Source: Patescibacteria group bacterium (lineage in GTDB: Bacteria; Patescibacteriota; Minisyncoccia; Portnoybacterales; UBA2143). From it: DNA of 28,953 nucleotides. A program made the translations under genes and the position numbers. Where the stretch lies: assembly GCA_043814195.1 (NCBI GenBank), contig JBDRKH010000016.1, positions 1-28,953 of the forward strand, read 5' to 3'. Of this stretch, positions 1 to 8,088 are shown piece after piece. Within the stretch, counting starts at the first letter, position 1. The number at the start of each line of letters is the position of its first letter. The notes beneath the pieces are model-generated. The model was not told the DNA's origin. It made no database searches and saw nothing but the letters and a program-made list of their open reading frames with translations.

Positions 1-915
1 GGCGAGGATGGGTTTCGGGCTCGTCAGAAATTAAATCAAATTATTCAGGAATATCAAGCCAAACATCAGACCGGACTTAATCTGGCTCGTTTTGGCGAGA
101 AGAATTTGGAGTTCGACAAATTTAGGGAAAAAATTGAGGCAGTTTCTATGTTTGATGAGAAAAAATTAATTATTTTAGAAAATATTTTTAATCAGAAAGA
201 TTTTTTGGAGCAATTTAGCAAATATCTTAAAAAGAATAAACTAAAAGATAATCAGGAGATTATTATTGTCATTCATCAAGCAGGTAAATTGCCAAAACCA
301 GCTTTTAAGCGCCAGGTAAATATGTTTGAGGAATTCCAGCTATTGCAGGGAGTAAAATTGGTTGATTGGTTGAAAAAGGAAGTTAGTAAAAATAAAGGAG
401 AAATTAGTCCGGGAGCAATTAACAAATTAATTATTTATGTAGGCAATGATTTATGGCAATTATTCAATGAACTTAATAAATTGATTAGTTTTAAGGCTGG
501 CCAGATCATTGAGGAAAAAGACGTTGATTTGCTGGTCAAGGCCAGAATAGATGTTAATATTTTTAAAACTCTGGATGCTTTGGCCCAAAGAGATAAAAAA
601 ACTGCCTTTAAATTGATTCACCAGCACTTGGAACAAGGCGAGAACGAAATCTATTTGCTTTCTATGCTGGCTTATCAGGTTCGCACTTTGATTAAATTAA
701 AAGACTTAGTGGAAAAAGGCACGCCTTATTACAATTTAGCCAGAAAAGCCGGGCTTCATCCTTTTGTGGTAAAAAAAAGCTCCCAGCAATTAAGGAACTT
801 TACTTTGGAGCAGTTAAAAAAGATTTACCGATATTTATTAGAAATTGATTGGAAAATAAAAGTCGGGCGATTGGATGGTCAGACTGCTTTGGATTTATTA
901 GTAGGGGAGATTTAA
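1..915 (+). CDS. holA: DNA polymerase III delta subunit, 5'-truncated by the window edge
   Basis: Frame 1 is open from base 1 (GEDGFRARQKL, typical HolA N-terminus). The C-terminal motifs VGNDLWQLFNELNKL, IFKTLDAL and LHPFVVKK are present. TAA at 913-915. Confidence 0.9.
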   Translation, partial: GEDGFRARQKLNQIIQEYQAKHQTGLNLARFGEKNLEFDKFREKIEAVSMFDEKKLIILENIFNQKDFLEQFSKYLKKNKLKDNQEIIIVIHQAGKLPKPAFKRQVNMFEEFQLLQGVKLVDWLKKEVSKNKGEISPGAINKLIIYVGNDLWQLFNELNKLISFKAGQIIEEKDVDLLVKARIDVNIFKTLDALAQRDKKTAFKLIHQHLEQGENEIYLLSMLAYQVRTLIKLKDLVEKGTPYYNLARKAGLHPFVVKKSSQQLRNFTLEQLKKIYRYLLEIDWKIKVGRLDGQTALDLLVGEI

Positions 916-1018
916 AGGTACGACCTTAAAATGTACGTCCTTTCCAACTAAAATCTATGATAGTTGGAAAGTTTAAGAGTATCGTGAGGCAAGGACGTAT
1001 ATTTTAAGGTCGTACCTT
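913..1018. repeat. 106-bp palindromic element, copy 1 (MITE/REP-like)
   Basis: 30-bp terminal inverted repeat 913-942 / 991-1020 (29/30 match) and an inner perfect 10-bp inverted repeat 941-950 / 961-970. Confidence 0.9.
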
Positions 1019-1357
1019 TACTTTTTCTACAATCTTAGCGAAAACTTCCGGTTGTTTTTCAGCCAGACGAGCCAGGATTTTGCGGTCAATTTCAATTTTG
1101 GCTTTTTTCAATCCATTAATAAACCGGCTGTAAGTTATTCCGTGTTCACGGCTGGCCGCATTAATTTTAATCTGCCAGAGACGGCGAATTACCCGCTTTT
1201 TAGTTCTGCGGTCTCGGTAGGCATAAACAAGGGCGTGTCTGACTGCGTCTTTAGCTAAGCGGTATTTAGATTTGCGTCCCCACTTAAATCCTTTAGCCTG
1301 TTTAATTATTTTTTTTCGGCGCTTATGAGCCATAACGCCGCGTTTAACTCTGGTCAT
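1004..1357 (-). CDS. rplT: 50S ribosomal protein L20
   Basis: MTRVKRGV...[12 protein letters not shown]...[39 protein letters not shown]. Confidence 0.98.
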   Translation of the reverse strand: MTRVKRGVMAHKRRKKIIKQAKGFKWGRKSKYRLAKDAVRHALVYAYRDRRTKKRVIRRLWQIKINAASREHGITYSRFINGLKKAKIEIDRKILARLAEKQPEVFAKIVEKVKVRP

Positions 1358-1363
1358 AAGAGA

Positions 1364-1469
1364 TAAAGGTACGACCTTAAAATGTACGTCCTTTCCAACT
1401 AAGATTTATGGTAGTTGGAAATTCTAAAAGCATCGTGAGGCAAGGACGTATATTTTAAGGTCGTACCTT
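1364..1469. repeat. 106-bp palindromic element, copy 2
   Basis: 99/106 identical to 913-1018 in the same orientation; all 7 differences are in unpaired segments. Confidence 0.9.
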
Positions 1470-1665
1470 AGATGTTAGGTAGGATTTTTTTAATTCTTTT
1501 AAAATTAGCTGGCGAGACCATGATTGATTTTCTTTTTTTTCTGGTCTGCTGGCCTGAATCTTTGGCATTAAAGTGCCCCTGATGGACTTTTCTTCTTAGA
1601 ATTTTATGGCGGCCAGTAATCTTTAATCTTTTTAATAAAGCTTTTCTAGTTTTAAGTTTAGTCAT
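1468..1665 (-). CDS. rpmI: 50S ribosomal protein L35
   Basis: MTKLKTRKALLKRLKITGRHKILRRK...HFNAK; 65 aa, basic; lies between infC and rplT. Confidence 0.95.
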   Translation of the reverse strand: MTKLKTRKALLKRLKITGRHKILRRKVHQGHFNAKDSGQQTRKKRKSIMVSPANFKRIKKILPNI

Positions 1666-2198
1666 TATTGTTTACCAATTACCACGCTTAATCCTCGATG
1701 CTGTTTCCTTATTTCCTGTTCAATTTTGGTCTCTAGAGGAATTGTTTCAATAAATTGGTTTAATTTTTCCTTGGCCATATCAATCAGGCTTTTCTCTCGT
1801 CCCTTAAGGATTATTTCAATCCTGACTTTATGGTCTTTGTTGAGAAATTTTTCTGCTTGTTTGGTTCTGGTTTCTAAATCGTGCTGACCGATGCGGAGAC
1901 TTATCCTAATACCCTTAACCTCTGTTCTTTTCTGTTTGCTTCTTTGCTCACTCTCTTTTTTTGATTTCTGATATTGATATTTACCATAGTCCATAATTCG
2001 GCAGACGGGCGGTTGGATATTGGGGGCGATTTCAATTAAATCAAGCCCTTTTTCTCGGGCCATTTGAAGCGCTTTGCTTGTTTCAACCACACCCAGGTTT
2101 TGTCCGTCTTCATCAATTAATCGGATTGGACTGGTTTTAATCCAATAATTAATTCTGGTGCGCGGTTGTCTATTTGTGTTGTATCGTCTTTGGTAAAT
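1665..2198 (-). CDS. infC: Translation initiation factor IF-3, probable ATT start (177 aa)
   Basis: The ORF track starts at 2090, but the frame is open upstream: IYQRRYNTNRQPRTRINYWIKTSPIRLIDEDGQNLGVVET. Core motifs DLIEIAPNIQPPVCRIMDYGKYQY and EVKGIRISLRIGQHDL. In-frame ATT at 2198-2196. Confidence 0.93.
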   Translation of the reverse strand: MYQRRYNTNRQPRTRINYWIKTSPIRLIDEDGQNLGVVETSKALQMAREKGLDLIEIAPNIQPPVCRIMDYGKYQYQKSKKESEQRSKQKRTEVKGIRISLRIGQHDLETRTKQAEKFLNKDHKVRIEIILKGREKSLIDMAKEKLNQFIETIPLETKIEQEIRKQHRGLSVVIGKQ

Positions 2199-2224
2199 AG
2201 TTTTAGATAAATTATTGGTTTATC

Positions 2225-2569
2225 TGGTGGAGACGGGGAGAGTCGAACTCCCGTCTGAAAGTTATTCTTTAATAATTCTACAAGTTTAGCCTGGTTTAAT
2301 TTAGAGAAGAAAGAACTAAAAGCCAGGCAAAACATTCTTAATTCTCGTCTCAAAATTTTTAATAATTAGCCAGAGACAAATCTAATTATCTATCCTAATA
2401 AGATGACACCCGCGCTTTCTATTAGGAATCAAAAGTTTGGATGGCTGCTGACTTTAAGCAACAGCAAAAGCTAAATTTTTGTTAGCAGTTATTTCGTTTG
2501 CAAGATTAACGAGATTGCGCTCGACTTGCTTATTAAAGAAACAAACTTCCATCAATGCCTGTCATCCCC
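2225..2569 (-). ncRNA. ssrA: tmRNA (345 nt), tag peptide ANKNLAFAVA*
   Basis: 5' GGGGAUG pairs with 3' CGUCUCC-ACCA including a G3-U pair; T-arm GGGAG-UUCGACU-CUCCC; TTCTTTAATAA pairs with TTATTAAAGAA; AUAACU-GCU resume context with tag ORF at 2486-2454; adjacent to smpB. Confidence 0.95.
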
Positions 2570-2574
2570 TTTTG

Positions 2575-2606
2575 CCTCGCCGAAGCGCGTAGCGCGAAGG
2601 CGGGTT
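2575..2606. repeat. Short GC-rich palindromic element between smpB and ssrA
   Basis: gcctcgccgaagcgcgtagcgcgaaggcggg, with nested inverted repeats; similar to the leuS-internal copy at 18903-18928. Confidence 0.6.
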
Positions 2607-3055
2607 TATCGCCTGCCTCTTAGGGCCCGGTCAATTCTTCTTTCAGCTTCTCTTTTCTTAATCTTTTCCCGTTTATCAAACTTTTTTCTGCCTTGGCCTA
2701 AACCGAATTCCAGTTTAATTCTATTGTGTTCAGTATAGACTCGGAGAGGCACTAAAGTCAAGCCTTTCTGTTTAGTCTTGCCGATTAGGCTTTTAATTTC
2801 TTTTTTGTTCAAAAGCAATTTTCTGGTTCGGGTTGAGTCGTAATTATCCGGCGTGTTTCTCGGTTGATAAGGCGGAATCAAAGCATTAATCAGCCAGACT
2901 TCCTCGTTTTTAATGGTGACATACGAACCTTTTAAACTCATCCGGCCGTTTTTAACCGATTTGACTTCTTGACCAGCCAAAACTATGCCTGCCTCAAAGG
3001 TTTCCAGGATAGAATAGTCATATCTCGCTCTGGGATTAGTAGTTAAATTTGGCAT
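2606..3055 (-). CDS. smpB: SsrA-binding protein SmpB
   Basis: NPRARYDYSILETFEAGIVLAGQEVKS...RTRKLLLNKKEI...KKFDKREKIK. Confidence 0.98.
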   Translation of the reverse strand: MPNLTTNPRARYDYSILETFEAGIVLAGQEVKSVKNGRMSLKGSYVTIKNEEVWLINALIPPYQPRNTPDNYDSTRTRKLLLNKKEIKSLIGKTKQKGLTLVPLRVYTEHNRIKLEFGLGQGRKKFDKREKIKKREAERRIDRALRGRR

Positions 3056-3061
3056 AGGTAT

Positions 3062-3070
3062 ATTATATCA
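3062..3070 (-). promoter_or_regulatory. Extended -10 (TGaTATAAT) 6 nt before the smpB ATG
   Basis: Minus strand reads TGATATAAT-atacct-ATG. Confidence 0.65.
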
Positions 3071-3086
3071 TATTTTTGGGTTCTAC

Positions 3087-3115
3087 TTGAGCAAATCAGG
3101 CAAATAAGCTATGAT
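3087..3115 (+). promoter_or_regulatory. sigma70-type promoter of argS
   Basis: TTGAGC-17 nt-TATGAT, 6 nt before the ATG at 3122. Confidence 0.6.
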
Positions 3116-3121
3116 AAAAAC

Positions 3122-4687
3122 ATGATTAAGCAGGAAATCAGGCAATTAATTAAGAAAAAATTTAAACAAGAGGCGAAGTTAGAACGACCTCTTAATTCTG
3201 AATTTGGCGATTATTCCACTAATTTAGCCATGCAGGCCAAAATTGACCCAGATGAGATTATCGAGCAATTAAAAGATAATCCTTTATTCGCTAAAATAGA
3301 AAAAGCTGGGCCGGGATTTATTAATTTCTTTTTGTCTGAAAAAGCTCTTCAAGATGAATTAAAAGAGATTTTGAAAAGCGAAGAAAATTACGGCAATCTG
3401 GATATTGGCCAGAAGAAAAAAGTTCAAGTGGAATTTATTTCCGCTAATCCAACTGGTCCCTTGACGGTGGCTAATGCCCGAGGAGGTCCTTTAGGCGATG
3501 TTTTGGCCAATGTTTTAAATAAAGCTGGCTTTAAAACAGAAAAAGCCTATTATGTTAATGATTATGGTCAGCAGATTATTGTTTTGGGCCATTCAGTTTT
3601 AAAAGACGGGCAGGGCAAATATCAGGGAGACTATATTGATTCTTTGGCGGAGGAAATATCCGCCAGAGGCGGACTCGCTAATCGCTCGGATACAGCTAAA
3701 GCCGGACAAATTGCGGCTAAGTATATTATTAAAGATTTAATCCAAAGAACAACTGATAAAATGGGTATCAAATATGATGAGTGGATTTTTGAATCTGATT
3801 TATATCAATCAGGCCGGGTTGATAAAGTCCTTGATTTTCTAAAGGAAAAAGGCTTAATCTATCTTAAAGAAAAAGCTCAATGGTTTAAGTCTTCGCAGTT
3901 TGGCGACCGGAGAGATAGAGTAATGGTTAAGGGCGATGGCAGTAAAACCTATTTGGCGGGTGATATTGCTTTGCATAATTACAAATTTAAAGACAAGAAA
4001 TTTGATAAAGTGATTAATATCTGGGGAGCTGATCACCACGGTGATATAGCTGGATTAATGGCTGGAGTAGAAGCCATAGGCGATAAGGGAAAATTAGAAA
4101 TAATTCTTTTGCAATTCGTGACTATCTTGGAGAAAGGCGAAAAGCGGAAAATGTCCAAACGGGCTGGTATTTATGTAACCATGGATGAATTACTGGAAAA
4201 GGCGGGCAAAGATGCGACCAGATTTTTCTTTTTACAAAAATCTTCAGACACTCATTTGAATTTTGATATTAATTTAGCTCAAGAGCAATCCAGTAAAAAC
4301 CCAGTTTATTATATCCAATATGCTCATGCCCGGATTTGCAGTATTTTACGAAAAGCTGAAAAAGAAGGATTTAAGCCATCAAGGTTTGACATTGAGAGTA
4401 GCAGGTCGAACCTTAAATTAAACCATCCGGCTGAAATAAGTCTAATTAAAGAGTTAATTAAATTGCCGGAGACTATTGAAGATATCGCTCAAGATTATCA
4501 GGTTCAGCGATTACCCTATTATTCCCAGGAAGTGGCTAATAAGTTCCACCAGTTTTACGAGCAGTGTCGGGTGATTGGCATGGGCAGAGAATTAACCCAA
4601 GCCCGGCTCGGATTAATCAAAGCAGTCCAAATTGTTCTTAAGAACACTCTGGAGTTGATGGGTATTTCCGCCCCGGAGAAAATGTAG
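3122..4687 (+). CDS. argS: Arginine--tRNA ligase
   Basis: FGDYSTNLAM, GPGFINFFL, VEFISANPTGPL, IWGADHHG, KMSKRAG, YYIQYAHARICSI. Confidence 0.97.
   Translation: MIKQEIRQLIKKKFKQEAKLERPLNSEFGDYSTNLAMQAKIDPDEIIEQLKDNPLFAKIEKAGPGFINFFLSEKALQDELKEILKSEENYGNLDIGQKKKVQVEFISANPTGPLTVANARGGPLGDVLANVLNKAGFKTEKAYYVNDYGQQIIVLGHSVLKDGQGKYQGDYIDSLAEEISARGGLANRSDTAKAGQIAAKYIIKDLIQRTTDKMGIKYDEWIFESDLYQSGRVDKVLDFLKEKGLIYLKEKAQWFKSSQFGDRRDRVMVKGDGSKTYLAGDIALHNYKFKDKKFDKVINIWGADHHGDIAGLMAGVEAIGDKGKLEIILLQFVTILEKGEKRKMSKRAGIYVTMDELLEKAGKDATRFFFLQKSSDTHLNFDINLAQEQSSKNPVYYIQYAHARICSILRKAEKEGFKPSRFDIESSRSNLKLNHPAEISLIKELIKLPETIEDIAQDYQVQRLPYYSQEVANKFHQFYEQCRVIGMGRELTQARLGLIKAVQIVLKNTLELMGISAPEKM
4381..4414. repeat. 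Hairpin inside argS related to the AAGGT-nnn-ACCTT core
   Basis: aaggtttgac-14 nt-gtcgaacctt: a 10-bp stem with one G-T pair, in frame (RFDIESSRSNL). Confidence 0.55.
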
Positions 4688-4704
4688 AAAATGTTTGTAA
4701 ACAA

Positions 4705-7545
4705 ATGAATCAGATTCCTAAAATAGAAGAGAAAATATTAAAGTTTTGGCAAAAGGAAAATATTTTTGCTAAGTCAGTTAAGCTTAGAAAGAATAAGTCC
4801 TTTTTTAGTTTTTACGATGGTCCGCCTTTTGCTTCGGGCTTGCCCCATTATGGCCATATTTTAGCCAGCACGATTAAAGATACGGTTTTGCGTTATTGGG
4901 CAATGAAAGGCCATCATATTTTCTGGCGGGTGGGCTGGGATTGTCATGGTCTGCCAGTAGAAAATATGATTGAGGAAGAATTAGGACTAAAGAGCAAAAA
5001 AGATATTGAAGAATTAGGGATTGACAAATTTAACCAAGCTTGCCGCAAATCGGTTTTTCGCTGTGTTAATGAATGGTATAAGACATTAAATCGGGTTGGT
5101 CGCTGGTCTGACTACTCTAATCCTTATGCCACTTTGGATAATCAATACATTGAATCAGTCTGGTGGGTTTTTAAACAGCTTTGGGATCAAGGATTGGTTT
5201 ATCAGGATTATCGGATCACTCCTTATTGTCCGCGCTGCGGCACGCCTTTGTCTAATTTTGAACTAAACCAACCCGGCGCTTATCAAGAAGTAGAAGACGA
5301 GTCGGTTTTTATTAAATTTCCCCTTAAAGACGAAAAAAACACCTATTTTCTAGTTTGGACAACTACTCCCTGGACTTTGGCGGCTAATACTGGAATAGCG
5401 GTTCATCCTGATTTTAAATATGTCAAAGTTAAGTTAAACAACGATTATTTAATTTTAGTTAAAGATCGTTTAAATATTTTAGGTAAATCGGGACAATATC
5501 AGATTGTTGAGGAATTTCCAGGCAAAGAATTGACTGGTAAAAGATATCAGCCGCTTTATCCGATGAAATTAGAAGGGGATGGTTACCGGATAGTCGGCGC
5601 TAGTTTTGTTTCAGCCGAAGATGGGACTGGCTTAGTCCATATTGCTCCGACCTTTGGCGAGGAAGATATGGAATTAGGCAAAAGAGCCAATTTACCTGGG
5701 ATTGTCACGGTTGATGAAGAAGGGAAAATAATTAAGGGATTGAACATTCCCGGAGAAGGAAAGTTTGTTAAAACAGCTGACGCCGATGTTAAAGCAGATT
5801 TAAAAAAGCGGGGCTTATTATTCAGAGAAGAAAAAATTACTCACGCTTATCCATTTTGCTGGCGTTGTGATAGTCCTCTTTTATACTACCCAATTAATAG
5901 TTGGTATATCGCCGTGACTAAGTTTAAGAGACAACTAGTTGAGAATAATAAAAAGATTTGCTGGGTGCCTGGACATTTAAAGCAGGGTCGATTTGGCAAA
6001 TGGCTGGAAGGGGCGCGGGACTGGTCTTTTTCTCGAAATCGCTATTGGGGCGCGCCGATCCCTATTTGGCAATGTCAAAAGTGCGACCAAAAGAAATGTA
6101 TCGGCAGCGTCAAAGAATTAAGTATCAAGCTGAAAGATTTGCATAGGCCGACGATTGATCAAGTGGTTTTTAAGTGTTCTTGCGGCGGAAAAATGAAAAG
6201 AATTCCCGAAGTCTTTGATTGTTGGTTTGAATCCGGTTCTATGCCTTATGCTCAATGGCATTATCCTTTTGAGAATAAACAAATGGTGGAAAAAACTTTC
6301 CCGGCGGATTTTATTGCTGAAGGTATGGACCAGACTCGAGGCTGGTTTTATACCTTGCATGTTTTAGCCACTGCTTTAACTTTGAAAAATATCGGTTTAG
6401 GCAAAAGTCAGCCAGCCTTTAAAAATGTGATAGTCAATGGTTTGGTTTTAGGGGAAGACGGGAAAAAGCTTTCCAAACGTTTGAAAAACTATACCCCGCC
6501 TGAAATTATCTTTGATAAATACGGGGCCGATACTTTAAGGTATTTTCTTTTAACCAGCAGTCCGATGGGTGAAGACTATATTTTTTCAGAAAAAAGAGTG
6601 GCCGAAACCTTTCGCAGAACCATTATGACCCTTTGGAATTCCTTTGTCTTTTTGGATACTTATACAGACAAGGAATGTTTGGCCCCAAAGACAATACAAG
6701 CCAAAGGCGCTTTAGATGAATGGATTATTTCTCGGGTTAATTCTCTAAATCAAGAGATAAATAAGTGGATGGGGAAATATGAATTAACCAAAGCCGCCCG
6801 CCTATTGGATGATTTTATAGATGATTTTTCTAATTGGTATATTCGACGTTCCCGGAGAAGATTTCAAAGGCCTGATAATATTCAAGAAAAAAAACAAGCC
6901 GAAAAAGTCTATTCTTTTGTTTTTTCTAGATTAGCCCAATTAGCCGCGCCCTTCCTGCCTTTTATTACTGAAGAAATTTACCAGCATTTAGTTAAAAAGC
7001 AATCAGTTCATTTAACTGATTATCCCCGACCTAATCAGAAACTGATTAATCAGAAATTAGAAGAACAAATGTCTCAAGTCCGACAGATTGCCGCGGTCGC
7101 CTTAGCTCAGCGGGCTCAAGCCGGGATTAAAGTCAGGCAGCCCTTGGCTAAGTTGGTGATTGATAATAAAGTAATTGCTAATGACAAGGAATTAGTGGAA
7201 TTACTTAAAGACGAAATTAATGTCAGAGAAATAGTTTTAGGCAAACAGATTAAATTAGACATTAAATTAAACGCCCAATTAAAAAATGAAGGAATAATTC
7301 GGGATTTAATTCGTTTTGTTCAGGATATGCGCAAACACGGCGGATTAAAGCCCGGTCAGAAGATTTACTTGCGATATTCAACTAAAAGTAAGTTAGGAAA
7401 TTTAATTAATCAGCACCAATCAGAAATTCAACAGGAAGTGACGGCCGGCAAAATAGAGGCTGGGCCAAAAAGAAAAGAAGTATTTTTGGTAGAAAAAGAA
7501 TTAAAATTAGACGGGCAGGAGCTTTGGCTGGGGATTAAGAAATAA
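4705..7545 (+). CDS. ileS: Isoleucine--tRNA ligase, IleRS2 (archaeal/eukaryote-like) type
   Basis: YDGPPFASGLPHYGH, GWDCHGLP, WTTTPWTL, RDWSFSRNRYWGAPIP, EGMDQTRGWFY, KLSKR. Confidence 0.97.
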   Translation: MNQIPKIEEKILKFWQKENIFAKSVKLRKNKSFFSFYDGPPFASGLPHYGHILASTIKDTVLRYWAMKGHHIFWRVGWDCHGLPVENMIEEELGLKSKKDIEELGIDKFNQACRKSVFRCVNEWYKTLNRVGRWSDYSNPYATLDNQYIESVWWVFKQLWDQGLVYQDYRITPYCPRCGTPLSNFELNQPGAYQEVEDESVFIKFPLKDEKNTYFLVWTTTPWTLAANTGIAVHPDFKYVKVKLNNDYLILVKDRLNILGKSGQYQIVEEFPGKELTGKRYQPLYPMKLEGDGYRIVGASFVSAEDGTGLVHIAPTFGEEDMELGKRANLPGIVTVDEEGKIIKGLNIPGEGKFVKTADADVKADLKKRGLLFREEKITHAYPFCWRCDSPLLYYPINSWYIAVTKFKRQLVENNKKICWVPGHLKQGRFGKWLEGARDWSFSRNRYWGAPIPIWQCQKCDQKKCIGSVKELSIKLKDLHRPTIDQVVFKCSCGGKMKRIPEVFDCWFESGSMPYAQWHYPFENKQMVEKTFPADFIAEGMDQTRGWFYTLHVLATALTLKNIGLGKSQPAFKNVIVNGLVLGEDGKKLSKRLKNYTPPEIIFDKYGADTLRYFLLTSSPMGEDYIFSEKRVAETFRRTIMTLWNSFVFLDTYTDKECLAPKTIQAKGALDEWIISRVNSLNQEINKWMGKYELTKAARLLDDFIDDFSNWYIRRSRRRFQRPDNIQEKKQAEKVYSFVFSRLAQLAAPFLPFITEEIYQHLVKKQSVHLTDYPRPNQKLINQKLEEQMSQVRQIAAVALAQRAQAGIKVRQPLAKLVIDNKVIANDKELVELLKDEINVREIVLGKQIKLDIKLNAQLKNEGIIRDLIRFVQDMRKHGGLKPGQKIYLRYSTKSKLGNLINQHQSEIQQEVTAGKIEAGPKRKEVFLVEKELKLDGQELWLGIKK

Positions 7546-7547
7546 AT

Positions 7548-8069
7548 ATGCTTTACAAAACCCAAGGGATTATTATTAAATCAGCTAATCTGGGCGAGAT
7601 TGACCGGCTGATTACGGTTTACACCAAGGATTTCGGCAAATTAGCGGTTAAAGGCAAGTCAATCCGCAAGAATCAGGCCAAGCTCAAGGGTCATCTTGAG
7701 CTTTTTTTACATTCTCATTTAATGATTGCTCCAGCCAGGGGTTTTGATATTATTACCGGCGCGGAAACCATCGAGAGATTTTCTCAACTTCGTCAGGATT
7801 TATCCAGTCTGGCGATTGCCTATTATTTTTCTGAATTAATTGACAAACTAGTTGTTGGCCCGGAAAAAGATGAAGATATCTGGCAATTGCTTTTAACTAG
7901 TTTTCAAAAACTTAATCAGCCAAATCAGAAAACTGGATCAATTATCAAAGAATTTGAGAGTAATCTTTCGGAATTTTTAGGTTATGGTCAGCAAAAAGAT
8001 TTTTTGAACTTTGCCGAATCTTTAGCGGGCGAGAGAATTAATTCTTGCTGTTTGTTGACTAAATTTTAA
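7548..8069 (+). CDS. recO: DNA repair protein RecO (short form)
   Basis: KTQGIIIK...GEIDRLITVYTKDFGKL...KGKSIRK...KLKGHLELF is the RecO N-terminal OB fold; the C-terminal zinc finger is absent. Confidence 0.9.
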   Translation: MLYKTQGIIIKSANLGEIDRLITVYTKDFGKLAVKGKSIRKNQAKLKGHLELFLHSHLMIAPARGFDIITGAETIERFSQLRQDLSSLAIAYYFSELIDKLVVGPEKDEDIWQLLLTSFQKLNQPNQKTGSIIKEFESNLSEFLGYGQQKDFLNFAESLAGERINSCCLLTKF

Positions 8070-8082
8070 TCTTTGCTATAAT
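8055..8082 (+). promoter_or_regulatory. sigma70-type promoter after recO
   Basis: TTGACT-16 nt-TATAAT with extended TG (TGcTATAAT). Confidence 0.7.
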
Positions 8083-8088
8083 TATATT

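Noticed and set aside
1052-1258. 68-aa + strand ORF
   Set aside because: Antisense shadow of rplT.
913-1469. CRISPR array or L20 leader reading of the 106-bp repeats
   Set aside because: Only two units, far longer than CRISPR repeats, separated by a whole ribosomal gene, with no cas genes. A copy downstream of rplT and cores elsewhere do not fit an operon-specific L20 leader.
2117-2738. ORFs 2117-2353 (-) and 2526-2738 (+)
   Set aside because: They overlap the tmRNA, the true infC N-terminus and smpB; no protein features.
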